Below are positions 16,108 through 25,341 of a stretch of DNA of 64,000 nucleotides, piece by piece. The notes beneath the pieces are model-generated. The model ran no database searches and was not told where the DNA came from. It saw nothing but the letters and a program-made list of their open reading frames with translations. The position numbers and the translations under genes were made by a program. Source of the DNA: Candidatus Nanopelagicales bacterium (GTDB taxonomy: Bacteria > Actinomycetota > Actinomycetes > S36-B12). The DNA is taken from the NCBI GenBank assembly GCA_044374195.1, contig JBILOY010000001.1, positions 101,883-165,882 of the forward strand, given 5' to 3'. Positions within the stretch are counted from its first letter, which is position 1. Each line of letters begins with the position of its first letter.

Positions 16108-18150
16108 TCACCTTTCCGAAGGACACGCAGGATGAATAAGCGGCGAAACTTCTGCCCAGCAGCAGATCGCGAGCCGCGCGGACGAGTCGTCCCTGCCAAA
16201 AGACAGATACACGTGTGTATTCGAGTAGCAGCCACCCGCCACGAATTCCAGGCTGAGTTCCTCGATAGCGAACGGCGGGCCCATATGCACGTGTTCCCCG
16301 CAGTAGGTCACGAAGCAATGCAGATAGGTGCGTGCGGGTCGATTCGGAGAACTGAGGGAAGGCCCGACCCTGTGGGCCACGTACACCGGACCGTGCGGCG
16401 TAGCGAAGACGGGCGAACTTCCGCGCCACTCGTGTTCTGCTAATCGCGTGGGCCGCCCCACTGAGGGCACCACCTGTCGGGCGAGGAGATCCAGCCAGAG
16501 TCGCGCAAACGGCTGCGTGGACCAAACAGCGTCGAGACCGAATCCGTCACTCGGAATCACAACCCAGTTCTTCTCGTACACCGCTTCGCCGTCATCAGCG
16601 GTGAGCGGCGAGGGGATACGCCATGGACGATCGAGTGCCACGCCATTGTCGCGCTCAATAAGTTCCGAGAGGACCTGCCGGATTGCGCCCGACTTACTGT
16701 GATCGCGAATCGCTCCGAGAGTCCACCAGCCACTCCCCCGCGGGAATAGGCGCATGTCCTCAACGCCGTGCACGGGAAACAAGGGGCTCGGCGTCGTGGC
16801 TGATGAGTCATCAATCCATTGCCAGTTCGTGAAGTCGCCCTCGGACGACACGTCGACGATGCCGGTTCGCGAGCGAATCACTCCATCGCTATCGACCATG
16901 TCGTAGTGATCGTGAACAAGGTGATAGTTCACGGTTCGAACCGTCATCCGCATGTGCTCGCCGTCGCTGGCGATACTGGGATTCATCAACACCCAGCCGG
17001 AGGGCAGATCCGCCGGTGGCGCAACCGTCAGCATTTCAATCGCTGGTAGCACTCGCCAGTGGGTGACATCGCCCGTGCGATCCAATGCAGGCGCCCATGT
17101 GTCGAGTGCTTCCCGGAACTTCGCGAGATTGACATGCAGCCGGTGGTCAGCGGGCTCGAGCTCGACCGCACGTTCTCCGTGGCGAACCGCACCCGCGAAG
17201 TCGTGAAGGTGGAAGGATGCATTTGCTGCCATGTCATCGAGCCGGGAACCCCACGCCTGTGACTCGGTGAGATATTCCTCAGGCCGCCGGTCGAGTACTA
17301 GCGCTTTCTGGCAGGCCTCGAGACATTCGTCCCATCGCTCCAGCACGAAGTAGTGAAACGCAAGATCGACCCAGGGCTCTCGTCGACTCGGTGCCTCCTT
17401 GACTGCGAGCGGCAACCAATGCTCGGCTTTCTCCGGTTCGCACACGGCCAGAAATCTCAACGACTGCGCCCGCTCCGCATCCCACAGTGCGGTGGGCAGC
17501 GCTAAATGCCGATTGAACTCACGGGCTGCCTCCTCGAATCGCCCCTCGTACATGTACTCGCGTGCAAGGTAGTGGGCATTGCGGTCATTATCGGGATCCT
17601 CGGCGACGGCTAGCTCGAGAAGAGGTAGGTACTGGCCGCGATCCTTGCCCTGATCTCGAAAATGAAAGATCTGAAGACTCGTCCGGCCCTGCACTTCCTC
17701 TCCGATCGGTATGAGGACTTCATGCACGGGATATCGCCACGTGTAACCGTGACGAGTATGGATTTTGTCGCCCGCGTACTGCAGCCCCGGTTGTCCATCG
17801 TCATTCCATGACCAGGTGTACGGATAGCGGTATCTCGTCACGTGAGGATCGAATGACTTCTTCAGCTCCTCCCGCCAGCCGGACACGAGGACTTCATCGA
17901 GGTCGAGGGAGATGCACAGATCGACGTCAGCGGGAATGAGCTCAAGTGACCGATTTCGCGCATCATCGAATCGCCAGGGCGAGATCAACTCCTCGAACAC
18001 GGTCACGCCAGCTTGCCGAGCCAATTCCACCGTGGCATCGCTAGAGCCCGTGTCGAGGAGAATTCGATAATCAGCCTCGGCACACGACTCAGCCCAGGCG
18101 GCCACTGATGCCGCCTCGTTCTTGGAGATTCCGTACACGGCTACGCGCAC
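16108..18150 (-). CDS. GT2 + TPR + C-terminal beta-propeller glycosidase/phosphorylase-like domain
   Basis: YGISKNE..DTGSSD..PWRFDDARN..SLDLDE..HEVL; C-terminal NPSI..RTVNY..GVEDMRLF..EKNW..RGSSP..LEFVAG..SFGRDD. Confidence 0.85.
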   Translation of the reverse strand: MRVAVYGISKNEAASVAAWAESCAEADYRILLDTGSSDATVELARQAGVTVFEELISPWRFDDARNRSLELIPADVDLCISLDLDEVLVSGWREELKKSFDPHVTRYRYPYTWSWNDDGQPGLQYAGDKIHTRHGYTWRYPVHEVLIPIGEEVQGRTSLQIFHFRDQGKDRGQYLPLLELAVAEDPDNDRNAHYLAREYMYEGRFEEAAREFNRHLALPTALWDAERAQSLRFLAVCEPEKAEHWLPLAVKEAPSRREPWVDLAFHYFVLERWDECLEACQKALVLDRRPEEYLTESQAWGSRLDDMAANASFHLHDFAGAVRHGERAVELEPADHRLHVNLAKFREALDTWAPALDRTGDVTHWRVLPAIEMLTVAPPADLPSGWVLMNPSIASDGEHMRMTVRTVNYHLVHDHYDMVDSDGVIRSRTGIVDVSSEGDFTNWQWIDDSSATTPSPLFPVHGVEDMRLFPRGSGWWTLGAIRDHSKSGAIRQVLSELIERDNGVALDRPWRIPSPLTADDGEAVYEKNWVVIPSDGFGLDAVWSTQPFARLWLDLLARQVVPSVGRPTRLAEHEWRGSSPVFATPHGPVYVAHRVGPSLSSPNRPARTYLHCFVTYCGEHVHMGPPFAIEELSLEFVAGGCYSNTHVYLSFGRDDSSARLAICCWAEVSPLIHPACPSER

Positions 18151-18245
18151 GCCATGCTCCGCATCGCCGGTTTAGAGATCACTGCGCCATTATCCGAGTA
18201 AGCGTCGACAGCGCCCGAGCGCAGGGCTGAATCGCTATCGATGCG

Positions 18246-18836
18246 CTAATCGCCGAGCGCCTGCACCTTGATGTCTGACCAGTTGCCGAGGCGATTACGG
18301 ATCATCGCTCCCGATGGCGCCTGCGGAGCATTGGCCTTCTTCCAGGCATCCCAGCCTGCGAAGGATCCGCGGGTGCTCGGGTCGGCGAGATAACGGCGAA
18401 CATCGTCAAGGATCTGATCGTCTGTCCACGCGGAGGTGAAGGTGCGGTTCGGCTTCTTGCCCGCGGGCACTCCCGCCCTCTCTGCGGCATCAGCCCAGGA
18501 GCCGAATACCTGCAGCACGCGCACGGCAGTGGGGCCATCAATCTGCTTGCTGCTAACGAGCTCGCTGTACTTGGCGTAACTGAGGGCATCGGTACTGCCG
18601 CTGACCTGGGCCCATGCCTGGCGCAGGGCGTCGAGGATTTCGTCCTCACTCCACTTTCGGCTCGAACCGGTGCGATGACGCACAGCGAGTCTGCGTGCAT
18701 CGTCCGTCATCGCCTTGGCGAGCTGGGGCTTGGTCCAGTTCAAGGCCTTTTGGGCGTCATCGACGCTGGTGCCCGGGTGATCGGTGAGCCAGGCCACGAG
18801 GGTCAACTGGTCGCTCATCACACCACCGCTGTCCAC
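18246..18836 (-). CDS. Homing-endonuclease-associated repeat protein (two repeats, no nuclease domain)
   Basis: WSEDEILDALR..Y..GPT..FGSWADAAERAG and WTDDQILDDVR..PSG..RLGNW. Confidence 0.75.
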   Translation of the reverse strand: MDSGGVMSDQLTLVAWLTDHPGTSVDDAQKALNWTKPQLAKAMTDDARRLAVRHRTGSSRKWSEDEILDALRQAWAQVSGSTDALSYAKYSELVSSKQIDGPTAVRVLQVFGSWADAAERAGVPAGKKPNRTFTSAWTDDQILDDVRRYLADPSTRGSFAGWDAWKKANAPQAPSGAMIRNRLGNWSDIKVQALGD

Positions 18837-18916
18837 ACCCCCAGATTAGGTGCCAATTCGTTCACAAACACGAACGGACTCTTGACCAAGATCGAATCTT
18901 GAGAATAATCCTGATC

Positions 18917-19180
18917 ATGGCAATTGAGTCCCTCACCAAGGTCAAATCCCAGTTGTCCGCCCTCGTCGATTCAGTGCACAGTACCCATGAGCGGATCATC
19001 ATCACGCGTAACGGAAAGCCTGCCGCCGTCTTGATATCCCCTGAAGATCTCGAGTCGCTCGAGGAGACCATCGCGGTTCTCTCCGATCCCGATGCCATGA
19101 CCGAAATCAAGGAAGCCAGATCAGCAATTGCACGAGGCGAGACATCTGCCGCAGACGACGTTCGGATTCGCCACCTATAA
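18917..19180 (+). CDS. Phd/YefM-family antitoxin (no toxin downstream)
   Basis: KSQLSALVDSV..IIITRNGKPAAVLIS.EDLESLEET..LSDP; upstream inverted repeat CAAGAT-cga-ATCTTG. Confidence 0.9.
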   Translation: MAIESLTKVKSQLSALVDSVHSTHERIIITRNGKPAAVLISPEDLESLEETIAVLSDPDAMTEIKEARSAIARGETSAADDVRIRHL

Positions 19181-19200
19181 GAGTTTGTACCCCTCGGTGG

Positions 19201-20106
19201 CTAGTTGATCGAGCCTTCGTCGGCGAAGGGATCGGATACGGCCGGCGAGGGAGCGTTCACGGCAGGGGCCGGATCAGTGCTTGCGCCCACACTCGGAGTC
19301 GGCTTGGGCTTCTGGACCTTCTTCGGGTTCTCGTCGAAGGTTGTCGGCAGTTCGGGAGCAGAGACGTCATACATGCGAGCCCTGCGCGGCAGGAGTGCGG
19401 TGAGCACGGCGATCTTCTGATCCGCCTTCTGGTCATTGCCCCAGCGCACGACAGCACCGGAGCCGAGGGTGAAGGTGACGTCGTCGCGCGACTTCGCGGT
19501 GAGCGAGACGATCTTGCGCGAGATCTCCGGCGGCAGCTGTTGATAGATGCGCACGGCGGTGCCAAGGGCACCTGGGTTCGAGCCTTCGATGGTGAGCAAA
19601 TTCTTGGGAAGCGCGGTCGGCGAAAGGTAGGCGATGCCGTCAGCATCAATTGCCTGACCGTCAGTCGACTGAGCAACGGCTACTCGCGGGGTGACAGCGA
19701 TGACGATGTCGTTCGGGTAGCCGCGGCGCACGTCAACACTTGCGATCCATGGCAACGCGCCCTGCACGGCCGACCCAATTGCGGCGGTGTCGACCTTGGC
19801 GATGGGCTCCCCCATCGGAACGGGCGCAGCAGAGATGACCTGTTGCTGAAGTGCTTCATCAACACCGGTGACCTTGACGGCCTTGACCGCCAGCACGCTC
19901 GAGAACCACACGAGCCAGACGGCAACGAGAGCGATGGTGACGATGCTGAGAATGATGATCGCCTTCAGCGGCGACTTCCGCTTGCCCTTGCGGCGGGGCA
20001 GACGAGTGACCTTGCCGTTCTTGCTGCCTGAGCTACTTCTCGTGCTTGCGGCTCTGGTTCTGCTGCCGCTTGCCGGCTTCTTCTTGGCCGGTTTCTTCTC
20101 AGCCAC
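19201..20106 (-). CDS. ftsQ: Cell division protein FtsQ
   Basis: Basic N-tail, single TM, POTRA (VKVTG..VDVRRGYP), YDVSAPELP; downstream of murC. Confidence 0.92.
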   Translation of the reverse strand: MAEKKPAKKKPASGSRTRAASTRSSSGSKNGKVTRLPRRKGKRKSPLKAIIILSIVTIALVAVWLVWFSSVLAVKAVKVTGVDEALQQQVISAAPVPMGEPIAKVDTAAIGSAVQGALPWIASVDVRRGYPNDIVIAVTPRVAVAQSTDGQAIDADGIAYLSPTALPKNLLTIEGSNPGALGTAVRIYQQLPPEISRKIVSLTAKSRDDVTFTLGSGAVVRWGNDQKADQKIAVLTALLPRRARMYDVSAPELPTTFDENPKKVQKPKPTPSVGASTDPAPAVNAPSPAVSDPFADEGSIN

Positions 20107-21499
20107 GAGTGGCTCGCAGGAGATCGAGAACCTCGAGGCCGATCATGCCGATGTCACCGGCGCCGAGGGTCATGATGATGTCGCCGGGCTTGGCGCGATC
20201 GACCAGATGTCCGGCAACTGCTGACCAACTGGGCTCGAAGACGACTTGTTCCCTGGGCAGCGGAACATTGGCAGCCATGGTCTGACCACTGGCTCCCGGA
20301 ATCGGTGTCTCACCGGGGGCGAAGACCTCGAGCACCACGACCTGATCGGCAAGGCCCAGAGCCTCGCCGAACTCCTTGGTGAACATGGCCGTGCGGTAGT
20401 AGTGGTGAGCCTGGAAGGCGACGACAACCGAACCCTCGCCTGCGACTTCGCGGGCGGCCTTGAGGGTCGCATCGATCTCGGTCGGGTGATGGGCGTAGTC
20501 GTCGAACACTCGAATTCCGCCCACTTCACCCTTGAAATCGAAACGGCGGCGTGTGCCGGTGAAGCCGCAGATGCCCTCGGCCATGGTCGCCGGCTCCATC
20601 CCCAGGCCAATGCCGACGACGAAGGCGGCGGTGGCATTTAGGGCGTTGTGCTTGCCGGGCACCTGCACTCGTATGTGAGCGATGATCTCACCGTTATTGC
20701 TGATGTCGAAGGCCCAGCCGCGGCCCTCGAGGGTGGCGTTGACGATGCGGTAGTCGGCGCTCTCGCTCTCGCCGTAGGTGCGCACGTCGGCGTTGAGGGC
20801 CTTGGTCGTGGCGGCGAGTCTTTGCGCCCCGGGGTCATCGGCGCATACGACGGTGAAACCGGTGTTCGCATCGATGCCCATCACGAAATCGACGAAACCC
20901 TGCTCGACGGCCTCGAAGGTGCCCCAGTGATTGAGGTGATCGGCCTCGACATTGGTCACGATGCCGGCGACAGCGGGCAGGAACAAGAAAGCGCCATCGC
21001 TCTCATCGGCCTCGGCGACGAAGATATCGCCACTGCCGAGGTGAGCATTGCTGCCCGACTCATTGAGCTCACTGCCGATCGCGAAGCTCGGATCAACGCC
21101 GCAGTGCTGCAAGGCGACAGTGAGCATCGAGGTTGTCGTGGTCTTGCCATGGGTGCCGGCAACCGCGACTCCCCTACTGCCGGTCATGATCGCGGCCAAC
21201 GCCTCGGCGCGGTTCAGAATGCGCAGACCCTTGACCTGGGCAGCGGTGCGCTCGGGATTCGACTCGGGAATGGCAGTGGAGAAGATGACGGTGTCGATGC
21301 CTTCGACGTAACTGGCGTCGTGCCCCAAATGGGTGGTGACGCCGATGGCCTTGAGCGCGGTAAGTCTTCTGGAGTCCTTGGCGTCGCTGCCGCTGACCGT
21401 GACCCCGCGCTCGACAAGGATGCGCGCGATGCCTGACATGCCGGCACCGCCAATACCGATGATGTGAACGGAGCCGAGCTCGCTGACGGAAATCGTCAT
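20099..21499 (-). CDS. murC: UDP-N-acetylmuramate-L-alanine ligase
   Basis: HIIGIGGAGMSG, AGTHGKTTT, EADESD, DDYAHHPTE; start trimmed to ATG 21499. Confidence 0.97.
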   Translation of the reverse strand: MTISVSELGSVHIIGIGGAGMSGIARILVERGVTVSGSDAKDSRRLTALKAIGVTTHLGHDASYVEGIDTVIFSTAIPESNPERTAAQVKGLRILNRAEALAAIMTGSRGVAVAGTHGKTTTTSMLTVALQHCGVDPSFAIGSELNESGSNAHLGSGDIFVAEADESDGAFLFLPAVAGIVTNVEADHLNHWGTFEAVEQGFVDFVMGIDANTGFTVVCADDPGAQRLAATTKALNADVRTYGESESADYRIVNATLEGRGWAFDISNNGEIIAHIRVQVPGKHNALNATAAFVVGIGLGMEPATMAEGICGFTGTRRRFDFKGEVGGIRVFDDYAHHPTEIDATLKAAREVAGEGSVVVAFQAHHYYRTAMFTKEFGEALGLADQVVVLEVFAPGETPIPGASGQTMAANVPLPREQVVFEPSWSAVAGHLVDRAKPGDIIMTLGAGDIGMIGLEVLDLLRATRG

Positions 21500-22608
21500 G
21501 CGTGGCCTCCGCTGCTCGTCGTGCCCTTCGCAGTGCTGCCCTTGGCTACTGAGATGACGAACTCGGCCAGACGCTGATCGGCATCGCGAATGCCCAAGGT
21601 CGCGGCAGCCTCGCCCATCGCCTCGAGTTCGTCCTGATCGCTGAGCAAGTGATTGGCGGCATTCAACAGCCACTCGGTATCGAAGTCGGCGTCATCGACG
21701 ATCAAGCCACCGCCGGCCTCGACAATCGGCAGCGCATTGAGCCGCTGCTCGCCATTGCCGATGGGAAGAGGCACATAGATCGCCGGCAGGCCGACTGCCG
21801 ACAGTTCGGCGCAGGTCATGGCGCCCGCACGCGTGACGGCGAGATCAGCGGCGGCGTAGGCGAGATCCATGCGATCGATATAGGGCACGGAGATATAGCC
21901 CGGTTGCGCATTGGGCGTCTCGTTCTTGCTGCCGAAGGCATGCAGGATCCAGATGCCGTTCTTGGTGAGATCAGAAAGCGACTCGGCGATGACAGCATTG
22001 AAGTGAGCGGCGCCCTGGCTACCGCCGAAGACAAGCAGCACCTTGGCGTCGGCGGGGATACCGAAGTGATCTCGGGCTCCTTGCCTAGTGACTTGTCGAT
22101 CGAGGCCGGCGATCGCGGGGCGCAGCGGCAAGCCCATGACTGTGGCATGCGGCAACGAGCCGGGCACGGTGGTGATCACATTGCGAGTCAGGCGCGCGCC
22201 GAGCTTGTTGGCCACGCCGGCGCGGGCATTAGCCTCGTGAATGACGAGCGGGGTCTTGGTGCGTCGCGCTGCGAGATAGGTCGGCAACGAGGCATAGCCG
22301 CCGAAACCGATCGCCACATCTGCGTGAACCTCTCGAAGGATTGCCGCGGCATCGCTGACGGCGCCGCTGACCCTCGGCGTGACAAGCAGCAGATCGATGG
22401 ACGGCTTACGCGGAAGCGGGACGGCCGCGACAGTGCGCAACTCATAACCCCGCGCGGGCACCAGGGACGTCTCGAGTCCTCGATTGCTGCCGATTACCGT
22501 GATGCGCACGGCCGGATCAATACGACGAAGAGCATCAGCCAGATTCAGGGCCGGCTCGATGTGACCGGCAGTTCCGCCGGTGGCCAAGACGACGGAGAGT
22601 TCGCTCAT
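21496..22608 (-). CDS. murG: Lipid II GlcNAc transferase
   Basis: GGTAGHIEP, FGGY, FGGSQGA, GEQRLNA. Confidence 0.97.
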   Translation of the reverse strand: MSELSVVLATGGTAGHIEPALNLADALRRIDPAVRITVIGSNRGLETSLVPARGYELRTVAAVPLPRKPSIDLLLVTPRVSGAVSDAAAILREVHADVAIGFGGYASLPTYLAARRTKTPLVIHEANARAGVANKLGARLTRNVITTVPGSLPHATVMGLPLRPAIAGLDRQVTRQGARDHFGIPADAKVLLVFGGSQGAAHFNAVIAESLSDLTKNGIWILHAFGSKNETPNAQPGYISVPYIDRMDLAYAAADLAVTRAGAMTCAELSAVGLPAIYVPLPIGNGEQRLNALPIVEAGGGLIVDDADFDTEWLLNAANHLLSDQDELEAMGEAAATLGIRDADQRLAEFVISVAKGSTAKGTTSSGGHA

Positions 22609-22615
22609 GACCTGA

Positions 22616-23902
22616 TCACCGTCGCCGCAGGGACTCAGCGGTTGACCGGCGACGCAGGGCGGTGCGCGCAGCAGGCTCATTGCGAGCACAGGCGAGGAGC
22701 ATGCCGATGGCACCGAGGGTGGGAATCAAACTCGAACCGCCGTATGAGACAAGCGGCAACGGAACACCGGTGATCGGCAGCAGCCCGAGCACGGCACCGA
22801 TGTTGAGCGTGGCCTGGCCGATAATCCAGCAGCCCACGCCAGCGGCGGCGAAGCGCACGAAGCGATCCTCGGTCGTGCGCGAAAGACGGAAGATCGCGAA
22901 GGCGAGAATCGCGAAGAGCAAAACAATCGTGACGGTGCCGATCAGACCGAGCTCTTCGCCAATGACCGAGAAGATGAAGTCGGTGTGAGCCTCAGGCAAC
23001 GAGCCCCACTTCTCGCGGCTGCCGCCTACTCCCACGCCAAGAAGTCCACCGGTGCCCAGGGCCATCTGACCTTGCGTCACCTGATACGCCGCACCCAGCG
23101 GGTCAGCGTCCGGATCAAGCCAGGCGGTAAAGCGCGCCATTCGATACGGGGCGGCAAGGCTGGCGATGAGCATGCCCACTGCCGCGGCCCCCGCTGCGTA
23201 CACGAACAGCCGCATCGGAGCACCGGCAGCGAACATCATGCCGAGGAAGATCACGCCCAGGAGGAAGGTATTGCCGACATCGCCCTCGAGCACGACAAGC
23301 ACCATGAACGCCAAGGCGACTGGAAGAACAGGAACGAGCAGGCTCTTCCAGCTGTAGCGATCGCGGAGGTTACGAGCCAGTTGATCCGCGCCCCAGACAA
23401 CGAGCGCGATCTTGGCGAACTCCGAGGGCTGGAAGCGGAACGGGCCAAAGAGATCGATCCAGTTGCGCTGGCCGTTAACCGAGACACCGATCACGAGCAC
23501 CGCAACAAGGGCGACAGCGGCGAACAGCAGCAGGCCGAGGGAGATACCGCGCCAGAACTGGATGGAAGTACGCCTGGCCAGGATGAACATGCCGATCACG
23601 CCCATCACGGCGAACATCAACTGACGCGTGAACAGGGTGTAGCTGGAGCCGAAGATCTTCAGGCTCTCGATACTCGAGGCCGACAGCACCATGATCAGGC
23701 CGAGGGTCAGCAGCAGCAAGGTGGCGCCCAACAACAGGTAATAGGTGCTGAGCGGGTGGTTGAAGAGCAGGTAGACGCGGTTGGTCGGAGTTTCCCGGCC
23801 CCTACCGGCCGTCTTGGGCTGACGCGACATTGCGGGTCGCCTGCCACGTGCCGTGTCTTTGCGGCTGGCGCTGGCCGGAGCGTCCTTCTCTGTGCGGCTC
23901 AT
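22616..23902 (-). CDS. ftsW: SEDS peptidoglycan polymerase FtsW
   Basis: FQPSEFAK, LPEAHTDFIF..GEELG, GVPLPLVSYGGSS. Confidence 0.96.
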   Translation of the reverse strand: MSRTEKDAPASASRKDTARGRRPAMSRQPKTAGRGRETPTNRVYLLFNHPLSTYYLLLGATLLLLTLGLIMVLSASSIESLKIFGSSYTLFTRQLMFAVMGVIGMFILARRTSIQFWRGISLGLLLFAAVALVAVLVIGVSVNGQRNWIDLFGPFRFQPSEFAKIALVVWGADQLARNLRDRYSWKSLLVPVLPVALAFMVLVVLEGDVGNTFLLGVIFLGMMFAAGAPMRLFVYAAGAAAVGMLIASLAAPYRMARFTAWLDPDADPLGAAYQVTQGQMALGTGGLLGVGVGGSREKWGSLPEAHTDFIFSVIGEELGLIGTVTIVLLFAILAFAIFRLSRTTEDRFVRFAAAGVGCWIIGQATLNIGAVLGLLPITGVPLPLVSYGGSSLIPTLGAIGMLLACARNEPAARTALRRRSTAESLRRR

Positions 23903-25341
23903 GCGCCAGGCTCCTCGGCCAAGCGAGCCACGGCCTCAGCGAACTCGGTGCCGCGATGGGTGTAATCGCGGAACATGTCCCATGAGGCGCAACCGGGTGC
24001 GAGCAGCACGGTATCGCCGGGGCGGGCCATGGCCATCGCCTCGCGTACTGCCAATTCCATTGCCCCAGTGTCGGTGCGATCGAGGTCGACTCGCGGGATG
24101 TTCGGGGCGTGTCGGGCCAATGCGTCGGCGATCACCTGACGATCGACCCCCAGGAGGACAACTCCACGGATATGGGAGGCGGTCAGCTTCACAAGATCGT
24201 CGAATTCTTGACCCTTGGCCATGCCGCCGGCGATCCAGATGATGCTGGAGTACGCCAGCAAGGAGGTCTGGGCGGCGTGGGCATTGGTGGCCTTCGAATC
24301 ATCGATGAAGGTGACTCCCCCGATCTCGCCGACATGGGCGATGCGGTGGGCGGCAGGCACGAACTGCTCCAGGCCCTGCTGCACCGCAGTGGCGGGCACG
24401 CCGAAGGCCCTGGCGAGGGCGGCCGCGGCGAGGGCGTTGGCGACGTTATGCGGGGCGGCGGGCTGCACGTCATGAACCAGAGCGAGCTCTTGTGCCGTCG
24501 TTCGACGCTCTTCGATGAAGGCGCGATCGACCAGGTACTCATCGACAACGCCGAGCATTGAGATCGCCGGGGCGCCGAGGGTGAAGCCGATCGCCCGGCA
24601 GCCTTCGATGACGTCGGCGTTCTCGACCATCGCGAGCGTGACTGAATCCTCGACGTTGAAGATCACAGCTTCCTGCGTGCGCTCGAACACTCGTGCCTTG
24701 GCGGCGATGTACGCCTCCATCGTGCCGAAATGATCGATGTGATCATCGGCGATGTTCAAGCAGACAGACGCGACTGGACTGATGGTGTGAATGAAGGGCA
24801 ACTGCGGAGCGCCCACCTCGACGGCAATCACGTCGAGTTCGTCATGCATAACGACGTCAACGAGCGAATTGCCGATGTTGCCCGCGGAAGTCGTGCGATA
24901 CCCCGCGGCACGCAGCATTGACTCGAGCATCAGCGTGGTCGTCGTCTTGCCATTAGTGCCGGTGACGGTAAGCCAGGCCGCAGCATTGTCGGGGTGGCGC
25001 AACCGCCACGCCAGCTCGAGCTCACCCCACACCGGAATACCGCGCTCGAGTGCATCGACGATGACAGGGGCGTTGGGGCGAAGACCAGGTGACACGACGA
25101 GCAGGTCACACTCGGGCACCATGCCGTCGTAACCGAGATGAACTTCGGCATCGAGGGTTTGAAGGATCTCAGCGCGTTCACGCTGCTTCTCTCCGTCACC
25201 GGAATCGATGACGATGACGGTGGCACCGAGTTGCATGAGTGCATCGGCGCACGAGAAGCCCGCGATGCCGATGCCGGCAACGGTGACCCGCCACTGCGAC
25301 CAGTCAGAGAGCCGGTGAGCCTCGTTGATGCTCGAGCTCAC
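23899..25341 (-). CDS. murD: UDP-MurNAc-L-Ala-D-Glu ligase
   Basis: VSPG, TGTNGKTTT, DDSKATN, LLAPGCASWDMF; start trimmed to GTG 25341. Confidence 0.96.
   Translation of the reverse strand: MSSSINEAHRLSDWSQWRVTVAGIGIAGFSCADALMQLGATVIVIDSGDGEKQRERAEILQTLDAEVHLGYDGMVPECDLLVVSPGLRPNAPVIVDALERGIPVWGELELAWRLRHPDNAAAWLTVTGTNGKTTTTLMLESMLRAAGYRTTSAGNIGNSLVDVVMHDELDVIAVEVGAPQLPFIHTISPVASVCLNIADDHIDHFGTMEAYIAAKARVFERTQEAVIFNVEDSVTLAMVENADVIEGCRAIGFTLGAPAISMLGVVDEYLVDRAFIEERRTTAQELALVHDVQPAAPHNVANALAAAALARAFGVPATAVQQGLEQFVPAAHRIAHVGEIGGVTFIDDSKATNAHAAQTSLLAYSSIIWIAGGMAKGQEFDDLVKLTASHIRGVVLLGVDRQVIADALARHAPNIPRVDLDRTDTGAMELAVREAMAMARPGDTVLLAPGCASWDMFRDYTHRGTEFAEAVARLAEEPGA

Noticed and set aside
1099-19200. 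Prophage, ICE or transposon as the island's identity
   Set aside because: No integrase, transposase, relaxase or phage structural motifs recognised
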